A stretch of 64,000 nt of DNA. Origin: an uncultured cyanobacterium (GTDB lineage: Bacteria; Cyanobacteriota; Cyanobacteriia; Cyanobacteriales; CAWCAG01). Shown in pieces: positions 30,415 to 41,552 of the stretch. A program made the translations under genes and the position numbers. Position 1 is the first letter of the stretch. Each line of letters opens with the position of its first letter. Where the stretch lies: assembly GCA_963793425.1 (NCBI GenBank), contig CAWCAG010000001.1:288001-352000 (forward strand), written 5' to 3'. The notes under the pieces are model-generated. The model was not told the origin of the DNA, searched no databases, and saw nothing but the letters and a program-made list of their open reading frames with translations.

Positions 30415-31614
30415 TTACTTTTGTTGCTCCAATACAGGTACTGTTTTAGGAATAGATGAGGGAGGAGGATTATTTTCATTTTCAGGAGGATCAAAGGTTT
30501 GTCCTTCTGGGGCAGTGAAAATTAAGTCTCTAGGCTGATTGGTGGGAGTTTGTTGTTGGTTTCTGGCGGGAGGAGATTGTCCGATGGTCGGTGGTTTTAA
30601 TGGGCGCAAACCCAACCCACTATTACTTTCTGCACCGAGGTTAATTTGTTCTAAGTCAGGAATTTTGGGTTGCAAACTGTTGCTACTTATGGGGGGTGCG
30701 GTGGGAGTGAATTCTGGGGAAGAATTATTGTTATTGATAGTTGGGGGAATGATGCCGACTTCTGGGGCATTGAAGATTAAATCTGGGGGTGGGTTTTCTT
30801 CTTTTGGGTTAGGGGTTGATGGGGTTGATGGGGGAAGAGAGTTACTTGTTGTGGGTGATGGTAGAGGAGTTTGGGAAGGGGGATTTTCTTCTAAGTTGGG
30901 TAGGCTTGAGGAGTCTGTTACTTCTATAGGGGCAGTTATGGCTACAGGAGGGGCAGTATTGGGGTTATTAACTGCTACATTTTCTGTTTCTGTTTCTGTT
31001 TCTGTTTCTGTTTGGGGTTGTGGTGCGATCGCAGCTATATAAGGTAGAGGGGTTTCAATTGCTGTTAAATCCCCAGTTAAGTAAATATGCCCAAGATCCC
31101 GACCATCAAGAACTCTTCTGGTAAAACGCCAACCAGGATTTAAGGTGATTCTTTGGAAACCCTTACCTATACTTTTAGTTCTACCAATTTCGATGGGAAT
31201 AGTAATAGAGCCTTGAGTTGACTTTCCCACTAGGACAAGATCACCATCATCTTCAATGATCTCAATTTTATATTCCGGGGCTAAATCCTGCCCATCTAAG
31301 CGAATTGAGTAATCATTGCTACTATCACGAATTTCGCAAATGCCATCATAATTAGATTGCTGAGGTAGGGGCTTGATGCGTTCAGGGTGAGAATCGCTTT
31401 CTATCCAACAGGCATAAGAGTCGTAGAGTTGTTCAACAATTACCAGCCGATAATTTTGGGGACTATTACCAAAAGGGGCGGCTATAGCCATGAAGTGACT
31501 AGGGTTAACTTCTGCGGTACTAAATTCGATAGTTAAAGCTAAACGAGGCTTACTAAGGCAGAAAAAGCAAGTACTGGCTAGGACAGCAACTAAGAATTGA
31601 GGAACGATTTTCAT
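30415..31614 (-). CDS. DUF3747-like secreted protein with Pro-rich tail
   Basis: Signal peptide; AIAAPFG, SNDYSIRLDGQDL, LNPGWRFTRR, LGHIYL. Confidence 0.75.
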   Translation of the reverse strand: MKIVPQFLVAVLASTCFFCLSKPRLALTIEFSTAEVNPSHFMAIAAPFGNSPQNYRLVIVEQLYDSYACWIESDSHPERIKPLPQQSNYDGICEIRDSSNDYSIRLDGQDLAPEYKIEIIEDDGDLVLVGKSTQGSITIPIEIGRTKSIGKGFQRITLNPGWRFTRRVLDGRDLGHIYLTGDLTAIETPLPYIAAIAPQPQTETETETETENVAVNNPNTAPPVAITAPIEVTDSSSLPNLEENPPSQTPLPSPTTSNSLPPSTPSTPNPKEENPPPDLIFNAPEVGIIPPTINNNNSSPEFTPTAPPISSNSLQPKIPDLEQINLGAESNSGLGLRPLKPPTIGQSPPARNQQQTPTNQPRDLIFTAPEGQTFDPPENENNPPPSSIPKTVPVLEQQK

Positions 31615-31732
31615 GAATCTTGGAGCGGTTTATAACCGACTATTGACTATTCTATATCCCTTTGAATGAGTCAAAAGCCCATAAAAGAACATTTTTCAAG
31701 CTTATTTAAAGTTTCTGTGAAGAAAGACCAAA

Positions 31733-31751
31733 ATTAATCACTTCTTAACAG
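31733..31751 (+). promoter_or_regulatory. Possible Pho box (two TTAA units at 11-bp period)
   Basis: ATTAATCA-ctt-CTTAACAG upstream of an alkaline-phosphatase-like gene; only two imperfect units. Confidence 0.3.
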
Positions 31752-31812
31752 TACCTCTGTAGTCTCGTAAAGGCCAATAGTAAATTTTGTAAAAAGTTTA
31801 AACGTATCTTCC

Positions 31813-33447
31813 ATGCCAAAAATTAGCCAGTGGACTGCATTTTATTCCTTCATTCCCTTGTTTTTCGGGGCTTTAAGTACACCAGCTATAGCTTTTAGCC
31901 TTACTCCTATCGGCACTTTTGAAACCGGAATCTTTGATGAGAGTGCTGCGGAAATTCCTGCCTATGATCCTCTTACGAAGAGTCTTTTTGTAACTAATGG
32001 CGAGAGTAATCAAATTGATGTTCTTGACCTAACAAACCCCTCTTCACCAGCCTTGAAATTTAGCATTTCCTTAGCAGGTGGAGTGAATAGCGTTGCCTAT
32101 AGCAACAACATTATTGCTGCTGCTGTAGAAGCTGATCCAGCACAAGATCCTGGCTTGATCCAGTTTTTCAGCACCGATGGCACTTTCCTTAACCAAGTTA
32201 CCGTTGGGGCTTTACCAGATATGGTTACTTTCACCCCCGATGGCACAAAGCTTTTAGTCGCTAATGAAGGAGAACCCAGTAGTGACTATAATGATGATCC
32301 TGAAGGTTCTGTCAGCATTATTAGCATCCCTGATTTCAGCGTAACTACCGCTGGTTTTAGTAAGTTTAATGGAACTGTTCTTGATGAAAGTATTCGTATC
32401 TTTGGCCCTGGTGCAAGTGTAGCCCAAGATTTAGAACCTGAGTATATTACTGTATCTAAAGACTCTAGTACCGCTTGGGTATCTCTCCAAGAAAACAATG
32501 CCTTCGGCATCCTCGATATTGCTAGTGGGGAATTTACTCAATTAGTTGGCTTAGGTTTTAAAGATCATAGCCTGCCTGGAAATGGTTTAGATCCTAGCGA
32601 TCGCGATGACGGCATTAACATTAACACCTTTGATCACCTTTTTGGTCTCTATCAACCCGATGCGATCACATCCTATCTTGTTGGGGATAAAACCTATATT
32701 GTTTCTGCTAATGAAGGAGATGCTAGGGACTATGATGGTCTTCAAGAAGAGGAAAGAGTCAAAGATTTAGTCCTTGATCCTGATGCTTTCGGTGATGCTG
32801 ACGAGTTGCAAGAAGATGAAGAATTGGGCCGTCTCACTGTGACTACAACCCTTGGGGACACAGACAACGACGGTGACTTTGATAAATTATATGCTTTCGG
32901 TGGTCGCTCCTTTTCCATCTGGGATGAAGACGGCAACCTAGTTTTTGATAGTGGGGATGATTTTGAACAAATTGTTGCTGAGATATTGCCCGATTATTTC
33001 AACGCCAACAACGACGAAAACGATTTCGACAGCCGCAGTGATGCTAAAGGCCCTGAACCGGAAGGTGTTACTATTGGTGAGATCATGGGTCGCACCTATG
33101 CCTTTATCGGTTTAGAACGTGTCGGTGGTGTCATGACCTATGATGTTAGCGATCCTTTCAATCCTATTTTTGAGGGTTATTTCAACAACCGTAATTTTGC
33201 TGGCGATCCTGAAGAGGGAACAGCAGGAGATTTAGGCCCTGAAGGGTTACTTTTCATTGGTGCGGAGGATAGTCCCAATAGTAATCCTTTGTTAGTAGTT
33301 ACGAATGAAGTTAGCGGTAGTACTACTATTTATGCTATTGATCCAGAGACTGAAAAGGTTCCTGAACCTACTTCTAGTTTAGGCTTGTTGGCTATGGGCA
33401 TATTGAGTTGGTTAGGTTTTAAGCGTAAGGTTTTTGCTAATCGCTAA
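31813..33447 (+). CDS. Choice-of-anchor I / PhoA-like beta-propeller protein with PEP-CTERM sorting signal
   Basis: SAAEI, VGALPDM, ANEGEP, DLEPEY, LQENNA, YQPD, FGGRSFSIW, RSDAKGPEPEG; VPEP-TM-KRK tail. Confidence 0.85.
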   Translation: MPKISQWTAFYSFIPLFFGALSTPAIAFSLTPIGTFETGIFDESAAEIPAYDPLTKSLFVTNGESNQIDVLDLTNPSSPALKFSISLAGGVNSVAYSNNIIAAAVEADPAQDPGLIQFFSTDGTFLNQVTVGALPDMVTFTPDGTKLLVANEGEPSSDYNDDPEGSVSIISIPDFSVTTAGFSKFNGTVLDESIRIFGPGASVAQDLEPEYITVSKDSSTAWVSLQENNAFGILDIASGEFTQLVGLGFKDHSLPGNGLDPSDRDDGININTFDHLFGLYQPDAITSYLVGDKTYIVSANEGDARDYDGLQEEERVKDLVLDPDAFGDADELQEDEELGRLTVTTTLGDTDNDGDFDKLYAFGGRSFSIWDEDGNLVFDSGDDFEQIVAEILPDYFNANNDENDFDSRSDAKGPEPEGVTIGEIMGRTYAFIGLERVGGVMTYDVSDPFNPIFEGYFNNRNFAGDPEEGTAGDLGPEGLLFIGAEDSPNSNPLLVVTNEVSGSTTIYAIDPETEKVPEPTSSLGLLAMGILSWLGFKRKVFANR

Positions 33448-33500
33448 TATTAATGATAAATGCGCGGCTTGCCTTTGCTATTAAGCATTAAGGTTTAATG

Positions 33501-34364
33501 TTAAGTGAGAAATGATATAAGGCTCAATTGTACAGTATCCTCAGAAGAGTTTTGTAGAACTTCGTAATTAGCAAGAAATAGTTCTTTTCCTTTAGCCGCG
33601 CTTCCTTGTTTATAGTTATTCATGCCATACTGTAATTCCCATTCGTATAGATTAGCACTCTTGAAGTAATCTCTAATTTCTGGACAATCATCATAAGTTA
33701 TTAACCAAGAAGCAGAACATTCTTTCATAAGTTGGCTAAATCTTTCGTGGTGGAAAGAAGTATGTAAATTACCTTTCTTTCCGTATAACTTTGATTTTGT
33801 AACGGAAAAATAAGGAGGATCTAAAAAGAGAAATACATCTTTATCTTTTGATTGCAATAAATGAGCATAATCTAGGTTAGTGATTTTAATTCCTGGTAAA
33901 ATAGATGCTAATTTTTCTAAGCGTTCTATAGAAGAATGGGTAAATCTTTTCAGAAAGGCTTGTTGAGAAAAGCCGCCTGATTCTACTGTTCCTGAGAAGG
34001 TGATTCTATTCAAAACAAAGAAGCGGATTGCTCTTCCAAATTCTGACAAGTTGTCTACATCAACACTAATTAATTCTGCAAAAAGCTTTTTGCCATTTTG
34101 ATGTTTGTTTTTAATATAGAAAGCTTCTTTGACAAGTTTATCTAAATCAGACTGGGCAATTTTCCAGAAGAAATATAGCTCAGGGTTTAAGTCATTAATC
34201 CAGATTTTTAAATGAGGATACTTTTGTTTTAAATAAATGAATAAAGAACCTCCACCGACAAAAGGTTCTCTATATTCAGAAAAGTTATCTGGTAAATGCT
34301 CAACTATTTTCTTAATTGCTCTGGATTTACCACCGGGATAACGAAGAGGACTTTTAATCATCAA
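33501..34364 (-). CDS. Dam-family (D12 class) N6-adenine DNA methyltransferase
   Basis: SPLRYPGGKS, EPFVGGGS, INDLN, FLDPPY. Confidence 0.92.
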   Translation of the reverse strand: MMIKSPLRYPGGKSRAIKKIVEHLPDNFSEYREPFVGGGSLFIYLKQKYPHLKIWINDLNPELYFFWKIAQSDLDKLVKEAFYIKNKHQNGKKLFAELISVDVDNLSEFGRAIRFFVLNRITFSGTVESGGFSQQAFLKRFTHSSIERLEKLASILPGIKITNLDYAHLLQSKDKDVFLFLDPPYFSVTKSKLYGKKGNLHTSFHHERFSQLMKECSASWLITYDDCPEIRDYFKSANLYEWELQYGMNNYKQGSAAKGKELFLANYEVLQNSSEDTVQLSLISFLT

Positions 34365-34398
34365 AATAAAATGTCATTTTAGAGATAGGACTATCATA

Positions 34399-35538
34399 TC
34401 AGGATTGTGTTCTAAAATTGTTCGATATTTCTACTTCAAGGTTTTTGTTCTTTCTGCTTTCTAAAGATAACTTTCTGATTATCTCAATTTGATTTCCTTT
34501 AAATTTATTAGCAGATAAGAATGATTCTACTCTTTCGTGGTCGTTAGGTAATATAATAGAACCCACAACATTTTTTCCTGTTAATTTTAATTTGCAAACA
34601 AAACCAACAGTTTGTTTGCCTAATGCTAAAGAGTCTAAATTAGAAAACAAAATCAATTTAAATAGACCATCTTGAATATCAGATAGCTTAGGCAAAGAGT
34701 CTTGCGAGGCATTTTTAGATTCCTGAACAATATATATGCCGTTTTTGTAAAAAATTTCATCAGGAGTCAAATAATAAACACCTCCTAAATAATTTTCAAT
34801 GCTCAAAGTTGCTTTAATGCCATCGACCAAATACTCTAAGCTATGTGAAGTAAGGGCTTCTCTTTGACTAGCATATTGAGAACCTTTAAGAGATATATTT
34901 TTAAATTCTTCAAATTCTTCAGTAATTCTCTTTAAATATGTGTCCATTCCTTGTCGTGAATGAATTAAAACTCCCGTTTGCTTAGAAATAGAGTCATAGC
35001 AATCAAGCGCTTTTTTGAAGATTTGCGTAAACCTTTCTTCAAATAAACTATTGTTCCAATGAAGCGCACTTTGACGATAAGCTAATATTTATTCTATTTG
35101 AGCCTTAACGAATTGATTATTTAGTTTTTGATTATTTAATTTTTCTTTATTTTCTTGCCCTTTCTTTTTGCTTTTCTCTGCACTCTCATAATACGCTAAA
35201 ACGATATAGATATTGAGCAAATTCATCCAAGAGATTGTAGAATATTGAATCCGATCTCTATCACCGTCTTTCCCTTCATCTTTAATAACTGGAATAATTG
35301 TTATCACTTTAGATGAATTATAAGTATTATAAATTCGGGCAAAGGGATAACTTCTGGTTCTTTTTGGCGATACCCACTTTGAATAAGCTACTTCTGTTGT
35401 TGTTGACTTTATCAATCCAGATGGTTTCGCTCGATTAACATCGAAAACATCTAAATCAATCTCTTCTAAATTATTAGCTAAGAAAGTCTGATAAGTAACA
35501 CCTCTAATAAATCCTCTAAAATGTAAAACCTCTGTCAT
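34399..35538 (-). pseudogene. Putative type II restriction endonuclease with in-frame TAA at 35089-35091
   Basis: Two ORFs in one frame joined by 47 open codons (KAQIE*ILAYRQSALHWN...); PD-(D/E)xK-like TPDEIFYKNGIYIVQESKN; directly upstream of the MTase. Confidence 0.7.
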
Positions 35539-35550
35539 GGCAAATAACCA

Positions 35551-36192
35551 TTACTTCGCTTCAATTAAATAACCACAAAGATGTTCACCTTCATTAATCC
35601 AGTGAGTCCTTTCTACGACGCAATCAGGTAAAATGGCGCTAAACATTTCCAATTCGTGACCACAAACTGTAGGATAAGATTCTGCTACATCTGCGATCGC
35701 ACAGTTATGTTCTACTAAGACAAACTTTTCTGCTTCAGGAAGGTTGTGTAACTCCGCCATATAACCTTCTTCTTTACGAAGTTGCACTAAGTTATTAAGA
35801 CGCTGGGGCAGTGAACCTTTGCCTAAATACTTGCGATAATTACTCGCTTTTACTTCCCACTGTTTGCGTAAAACTTCACTAACTTGTTCTTCTCCTACTG
35901 TTTCTACTAAAGTATCAAGAAAGGAAACTGCAAATTCACCATGACGGTTGGGAAAGCGATTTCGCCCTTGGCGACTCAGTTTGTATAAATGTTGCGGCCT
36001 ACCCATGCCAGTTTGGGTTGTATGATGTTCTAATAGTTCCGACGACTCTAATTCTTTGAGGTGACGGCGAGTAGCTTGGGGACTAATTTCTAAAGCTTGT
36101 GCCAACTGCTGGGCGCTTGCTTGACCTTGCTTCAGTAAATGGTTCAGAATATCTTGTTTGGTGGAAGAAGTTTCAGTAGTAGTGGTCATCAT
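35551..36192 (-). CDS. sufR: Fe-S cluster biosynthesis regulator SufR
   Basis: HTH (ISPQATRRHL), GMGRPQH, EHNCAI, CGHEL, CGY; divergent from sufB; ATG at 36192. Confidence 0.95.
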   Translation of the reverse strand: MMTTTTETSSTKQDILNHLLKQGQASAQQLAQALEISPQATRRHLKELESSELLEHHTTQTGMGRPQHLYKLSRQGRNRFPNRHGEFAVSFLDTLVETVGEEQVSEVLRKQWEVKASNYRKYLGKGSLPQRLNNLVQLRKEEGYMAELHNLPEAEKFVLVEHNCAIADVAESYPTVCGHELEMFSAILPDCVVERTHWINEGEHLCGYLIEAK

Positions 36193-36246
36193 CTGTGCAG
36201 TTGTGTCTGTGTTACGAGGGCAAGAAAAATTTTTCTTTTGCTTTGA

Positions 36247-36300
36247 CAACACATTTGTTGTTAATGTAACCTAAAATAGACTTAAACAACAAATTTATTG
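36247..36300. promoter_or_regulatory. Paired SufR operator sites
   Basis: CAAC-ACATTT-GTTG (36247-36260) and CAAC-AAATTT-ATTG (36287-36300), 26 bp apart; match the known CAAC-N6-GTTG SufR box. Confidence 0.85.
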
Positions 36301-36419
36301 TTTAACTACTAAAAGCTTCTAGAGTTGTAGGCGATCGCTATAGCGAAAACCCTTACCCCTAAGATGCTGAATTCAAAGCCGAGAACACAGAACAGTTATA
36401 GAGAACACTTAAAATCAAC

Positions 36420-37859
36420 ATGAGTGCCACAGTTAAAACCCTAGTCAATCAACCTTACAAATACGGTTTTGTCACCGATATCGAGGCAGATACTATTCCT
36501 CGCGGTTTAAGCGAAGACGTGATTCGCCTCATTTCTGCGAAGAAAGAGGAACCGGAATTCATGCTGGAATTTCGCCTCAAAGCATATCGTCAATGGCAGA
36601 AGATGACAGAACCAACTTGGCCTCATGTTAAATATCCTGCCATAGATTATCAAAATATTATCTATTATTCTGCTCCGAAGCAAAAAAAGGAGAAGTTGAA
36701 TAGTCTTGATGATGTTGATCCCACTTTGTTGGAAACCTTTGAGAAATTAGGTATTCCTCTCTCGGAACAGAAACGTTTAGGTAATGTGGCAGTAGATGCT
36801 ATTTTTGATAGCGTTTCTGTAGCCACCACTTTTAAGGAAAAATTGGCGGAAGATGGGGTAATCTTCTGTTCTATTTCCGAAGCTTTGCAGGAACATCCAG
36901 AATTAGTTAAGAAGTATTTGGGTAGTGTTGTACCTGTGGGCGATAATTACTTTGCGGCACTTAACTCTGCTGTATTTACCGATGGTTCCTTTGTCTTCAT
37001 CCCGAAAGGGGTAAAATGCCCTATGGAACTCTCGACCTATTTCCGCATCAATGCCGGGGATACAGGACAGTTTGAACGCACTTTAATTGTGGCAGAGGAA
37101 GGTGCTTCTGTTAGTTATTTGGAAGGTTGCACCGCCCCCATGTATGATAGCAATCAACTCCATGCGGCGGTGGTTGAATTGGTAGCTTTGGATAATGCTG
37201 ATATCAAATATTCCACAGTCCAAAACTGGTTTGCTGGGGATGAAAATGGTAAAGGCGGTATTTATAACTTTGTTACTAAGCGTGGCTTATGTAAGGGGGT
37301 TAATTCTAAGATTTCATGGACTCAGGTAGAAACGGGTTCGGCGATTACTTGGAAGTATCCTAGTTGTGTTTTAATCGGGGATAATTCCGTCGGGGAATTT
37401 TACTCTATTGCTTTGACAAACAACTTGCAACAAGCTGATACCGGAACCAAAATGGTACATATTGGTAAGAATACCCGCAGCACAATTATTTCTAAAGGTA
37501 TTTCTGCTGGTAAGTCCAAAAACAGCTATCGCGGCTTGGTAAAAATGGGGCCGAAAGCGAAAGGGGCAAGGAATTATTCTCAATGTGACTCGATGTTAAT
37601 TGGGGACAATGCCGAAGCGAATACCTTCCCTTATATCCAAGTAGATAACCAAGAAGCCAAAATTGAACACGAAGCTTCTACAGCAAAAATTGGCGAAGAA
37701 CAACTCTTTTATTTATCACAAAGAGGCATTTCCGAAGAAGATGCTGTCACTATGATTGTGGGTGGTTTCTGTCGAGATGTCCTCAATAAGTTGCCCATGG
37801 AATTTGCTTCTGAGGCTGATAAGTTATTGAGCTTAAAGTTAGAAGGAACTGTAGGTTAA
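36420..37859 (+). CDS. sufB: Fe-S cluster assembly protein SufB
   Basis: [31 protein letters not shown]. Confidence 0.98.
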   Translation: MSATVKTLVNQPYKYGFVTDIEADTIPRGLSEDVIRLISAKKEEPEFMLEFRLKAYRQWQKMTEPTWPHVKYPAIDYQNIIYYSAPKQKKEKLNSLDDVDPTLLETFEKLGIPLSEQKRLGNVAVDAIFDSVSVATTFKEKLAEDGVIFCSISEALQEHPELVKKYLGSVVPVGDNYFAALNSAVFTDGSFVFIPKGVKCPMELSTYFRINAGDTGQFERTLIVAEEGASVSYLEGCTAPMYDSNQLHAAVVELVALDNADIKYSTVQNWFAGDENGKGGIYNFVTKRGLCKGVNSKISWTQVETGSAITWKYPSCVLIGDNSVGEFYSIALTNNLQQADTGTKMVHIGKNTRSTIISKGISAGKSKNSYRGLVKMGPKAKGARNYSQCDSMLIGDNAEANTFPYIQVDNQEAKIEHEASTAKIGEEQLFYLSQRGISEEDAVTMIVGGFCRDVLNKLPMEFASEADKLLSLKLEGTVG

Positions 37860-37867
37860 AAAATATC

Positions 37868-38019
37868 AGTAGGGGCGGGTTTCAAAGTTAAGTTGTGACA
37901 TCAACATTAAACTAAATAAACCCGCACTAACTATGGCTTAGGCTAGATTATTGTTAGGTTACGGCCACCCGTAAGTTATCGTTTTTCTTTAAATACTTTT
38001 GCTGCCTAACCCAACCTAC
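37868..38019. repeat. GTAG/CTAC-ended REP-like hairpins in the sufB-sufC spacer
   Basis: GTAGGGGCGGGTTT...AAACCCGC and TTAGGTTACGGC...GCCTAACCCAACCTAC; a similar element lies at 48572-48613. Confidence 0.65.
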
Positions 38020-38056
38020 AAAAGTGATAAATGATAAATGTTTAATGATCAATGAA

Positions 38057-38821
38057 ATGACTATTTTATCTATTAAAAACCTTACTGCTAACGTTGATGG
38101 AACACCTATCCTTAAAGGTGTAAACCTAGAAGTTAACGCCGGAGAAGTTCACGCCATTATGGGGCGAAATGGTTCTGGTAAGAGTACTTTTTCTAAAGTA
38201 TTAGCAGGACATCCAGACTATGAAGTAACTGGAGGAGAAGTTATTTACCAAGGCGAAAACATCCTGGAAATGGAAGCAGATCAAAGGGCTTTACGGGGTA
38301 TCTTTCTCGCTTTCCAATATCCTGTCGAAATTCCTGGAGTTAGTAATTTAGAATTTTTGCGAGTTGCTTATAATTCTCGTTGTCAGCATTTAGGTTTAGA
38401 AGAATTAGATACCTTTGATTTTGAAGACTTGGTAGAAGAAAAGCTAGATATTGTCAAGATGAATCCTAGCTTTTTGGAAAGAAGTTTAAATGAAGGTTTT
38501 TCTGGTGGGGAAAAGAAACGCAATGAAATTTTGCAAATGGCATTATTAGAACCCACATTAGCCATTTTAGATGAGACTGATTCTGGTTTAGATATTGATG
38601 CTTTAAAAACAGTGGCGAATGGCGTTAATCAATTAACTAATTCTGAAAACGCAGTTATTGCTATTACCCATTACCAACGCTTACTTAATTATATTGAACC
38701 TGATTTTGTTCATGTTATGCAAGAAGGACGTATTGTTACTAGTGGTGGCAAAGAGTTAGCCTTAAAATTAGAATCTCGTGGTTATGACTGGGTGGATGGG
38801 GAAGTAATAAGTAATAAGTAA
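38057..38821 (+). CDS. sufC: Fe-S cluster assembly ATPase SufC
   Basis: [31 protein letters not shown] 38057 (the upstream 33 nt are heptamer repeats). Confidence 0.97.
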   Translation: MTILSIKNLTANVDGTPILKGVNLEVNAGEVHAIMGRNGSGKSTFSKVLAGHPDYEVTGGEVIYQGENILEMEADQRALRGIFLAFQYPVEIPGVSNLEFLRVAYNSRCQHLGLEELDTFDFEDLVEEKLDIVKMNPSFLERSLNEGFSGGEKKRNEILQMALLEPTLAILDETDSGLDIDALKTVANGVNQLTNSENAVIAITHYQRLLNYIEPDFVHVMQEGRIVTSGGKELALKLESRGYDWVDGEVISNK

Positions 38822-38854
38822 TAAGTAATAAGTGATGGGTAATGGGTAAATGTT

Positions 38855-40180
38855 ATGACTAGTCAAGTTTCTTCTGCTGCAACTGTTACTAGGGATGAGT
38901 ATCTGCAAAGTTTATTGAGTTTATGCTCTGGGTATTTTCTTGATGCAGATTTGATTAAGGTGGTGCAGAAACCTGCTGCTACTTGGTTATCGCGGTTGAG
39001 AATGCCTAACCGCAAAGATGAAGCCTGGCGGTTTACTGATTTGTCTGAGTTGCTGGCGACTAGTTTCGTGGCCGCAGACAAGGTTACTCCTGAGAGTGTT
39101 GAAGAGTTTGTGATTCCGGAAGCAGCAAGTAGCCGGGTAACTTTTGTTAATGGTGTTTATGCCCCTGATTTATCTAACCTCAAAGGCTTACCAGAGGGTT
39201 TATTTGTTGGTAACTTGGCACAATTACCAGCAGAGTATCAAACTCAGTTAAGTCAATACCTAACCCAGCAAAAAGGGGCAGAAGAAGTTTTCACCTCCCT
39301 TAATAGTGCTGGTTTTGCTGATGTGGCTGTGGTTTGGGCTGATGCTAATACTGTTGTGGAAACACCACTGCATTTGCTTTTCCTTAGTATTGCTGGTGCA
39401 TCTCCTAGCTTCTCTCAGCCCAGGATATTGGTGGTTGCCGAAAGAAATTCTAGCTTACAAATAATCGAACAATATGCCACAAACCAAGATACTGCATATT
39501 TTACCAACTCCGTAGCAGAAATTTATCTGGCTGAGAATGCCGCAGTGCAGCATATCCGTTGCCAACAAGAAGCAACTAGTAGCTTTCATATTGGTAAAAC
39601 TGGGATCGCTCAAGCTAGGGATAGCCGCTACACCTGCCATAGTATTAGTTTGGGTGGCAAACTTTCTCGCCACAACCTGGAAGTTCACCAAACAGGAGAA
39701 CAGATCACCACCAACCTCAACGGCTTGACGGTGGTTAATGGTAAACAGCTTGCAGACTTACATAGCCTCATCGCCCTCACTAAACCTCATGCTACCACAG
39801 ATCAACTCCAAAAATGCTTAGTAGCTGGTAATGCCCGCTCTGTATTTGATGGGCAAGTTTTAGTTCCTAAAGAGGCACAATTAACCAACGCCAGCCAGCT
39901 TAACCGCAACCTCTTACTATCCCCCCAGGCACACGTAGACACCAAACCCCAACTACAAATCACCGCCGACAATGTAAAATGTTCCCACGGCGCAACCGTA
40001 AGCCAGCTAGAAGCCGAGGAACTATTTTACCTAAGCAGTCGCGGCTTAAACGAAGAAGCTGCCCGCAGTCTCCTTATTGAAGCCTTCACCGCTGAAATAA
40101 TCCAACGCATACCCATCAAATCTATACAAAAACAGCTTACTGCAAATATCAAAAAAGCCATAAAAGGCAATAAGCAATAG
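38855..40180 (+). CDS. sufD: Fe-S cluster assembly protein SufD
   Basis: EAWRFTDL, KPQLQITADNVKCSHGAT, FYLSSRG. Confidence 0.96.
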   Translation: MTSQVSSAATVTRDEYLQSLLSLCSGYFLDADLIKVVQKPAATWLSRLRMPNRKDEAWRFTDLSELLATSFVAADKVTPESVEEFVIPEAASSRVTFVNGVYAPDLSNLKGLPEGLFVGNLAQLPAEYQTQLSQYLTQQKGAEEVFTSLNSAGFADVAVVWADANTVVETPLHLLFLSIAGASPSFSQPRILVVAERNSSLQIIEQYATNQDTAYFTNSVAEIYLAENAAVQHIRCQQEATSSFHIGKTGIAQARDSRYTCHSISLGGKLSRHNLEVHQTGEQITTNLNGLTVVNGKQLADLHSLIALTKPHATTDQLQKCLVAGNARSVFDGQVLVPKEAQLTNASQLNRNLLLSPQAHVDTKPQLQITADNVKCSHGATVSQLEAEELFYLSSRGLNEEAARSLLIEAFTAEIIQRIPIKSIQKQLTANIKKAIKGNKQ

Positions 40181-40228
40181 TAAATTCTTTACTTATTACT
40201 TATTACTTATTACTTATTACTTAAGAAA

Positions 40229-41488
40229 ATGCCCCTAACCCAAGAAAAAACCCTCGCTGCCAAAGTTCGCCAAGACTTCCCCATCTTACACCAGGAAGTA
40301 CACAGCAAGCCGTTAATTTATTTTGACAATGCTGCTACCTCCCAGAAACCTAAAGCGGTTCTAGAAGCACTCAACCACTACTATAAATATGATAATGCCA
40401 ACGTGCATCGTGGCGCTCATAGTTTAAGTGCCAGGGCAACAGAAGCCTATGAAGCGACGAGAGATAAGCTTGCTGAGTTTATTAATGCAGCTTCCCGTAA
40501 CGAAATTGTTTTTACTCGCAATGCCACAGAAGCAATTAACCTAGTTGCCTACAGTTGGGGGTTAAATAATTTAAAACCAGGGGATGAAATTATCACCTCA
40601 GTCATGGAACACCATAGTAACTTAGTTCCTTGGCAAATTATCGCCCAAAAAACCGGGGCAGTGATTAAACACGTTGGTTTAACCGCAACGGAAGAATTTG
40701 ACTGGCAAGCATATCAAAACCTCTTATCTGAACGTACCAAATTAGTTGCTGTCGTTCACGTTTCCAATACATTGGGTTGTATAAATCCTGTAGCAAAAAT
40801 TACTCAGTTAGCCCATCAAAAGGGTGCAAAAGTATTAATTGATGCTTGCCAAAGTATTCCCCACTTACCCATTAACGTTCAAGAATTAAACTGTGATTGG
40901 TTAGTAGCATCAGGACATAAAATGTGCGCCCCTACGGGTATTGGCTTCCTCTACGGCAAACTGGATTTACTACAAGCAATGCCACCCTTTTTTGGCGGCG
41001 GAGAGATGATTTCTGAAGTTTATCTAGATCATTTCACCACAGCAGAATTACCTCACAAATTTGAAGCAGGAACCCCAGCCATAGCAGAGGCGATCGCCCT
41101 TGGTGCTGCCGTAGATTATTTAACTAACCTTGGTATGGAAAACATCAATGGTTATGAAGAAGAATTAACCGCTTATTTATTCTCCAAGTTAGAGCAAATT
41201 TCCAGCTTAAGAATTTATGGACCAAAACCAACTAAAAACGGTCAAGGTAGGGCTGCTTTAGCTGCTTTCAATGTGGAAGGACTTCATGCCAACGATCTTG
41301 CTACTTTGATAGATCATGAAGGTGTTGCTATACGTTCAGGACATCATTGCACTCAACCTTTACACCGTATCTTAGATGTTTCTGGAAGCGCCAGAGCTAG
41401 TTTGTATTTTTATAATACCTTTGCAGAAATAGATAGCTTTGTAGTTGCTTTGCAAGAAACCATTGATTTTTTCAACCAAGCAATGTGA
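40229..41488 (+). CDS. sufS: Cysteine desulfurase SufS
   Basis: [29 protein letters not shown]. Confidence 0.97.
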   Translation: MPLTQEKTLAAKVRQDFPILHQEVHSKPLIYFDNAATSQKPKAVLEALNHYYKYDNANVHRGAHSLSARATEAYEATRDKLAEFINAASRNEIVFTRNATEAINLVAYSWGLNNLKPGDEIITSVMEHHSNLVPWQIIAQKTGAVIKHVGLTATEEFDWQAYQNLLSERTKLVAVVHVSNTLGCINPVAKITQLAHQKGAKVLIDACQSIPHLPINVQELNCDWLVASGHKMCAPTGIGFLYGKLDLLQAMPPFFGGGEMISEVYLDHFTTAELPHKFEAGTPAIAEAIALGAAVDYLTNLGMENINGYEEELTAYLFSKLEQISSLRIYGPKPTKNGQGRAALAAFNVEGLHANDLATLIDHEGVAIRSGHHCTQPLHRILDVSGSARASLYFYNTFAEIDSFVVALQETIDFFNQAM

Positions 41489-41552
41489 TAGCAAATCTGG
41501 TTACTAAAGTACCTTAATAAAATCAACCAATTATCAATTGCTAATTGATAAA

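Noticed and set aside
30539..31042. 167-aa Gly/Val-rich ORF and other short overlapping ORFs in the track
   Set aside because: Antisense or alternate-frame shadows of well-supported genes, with no recognisable motifs
6675..35091. Stop-codon reassignment explaining the in-frame stops at 6675 and 35089
   Set aside because: The stops differ (TGA, TAA) and both codons terminate normal genes in the window; single nonsense changes are simpler
36193..36252. Extended SufR N-terminus from the ORF track
   Set aside because: Overlaps the SufR operator; the ATG at 36192 fits better
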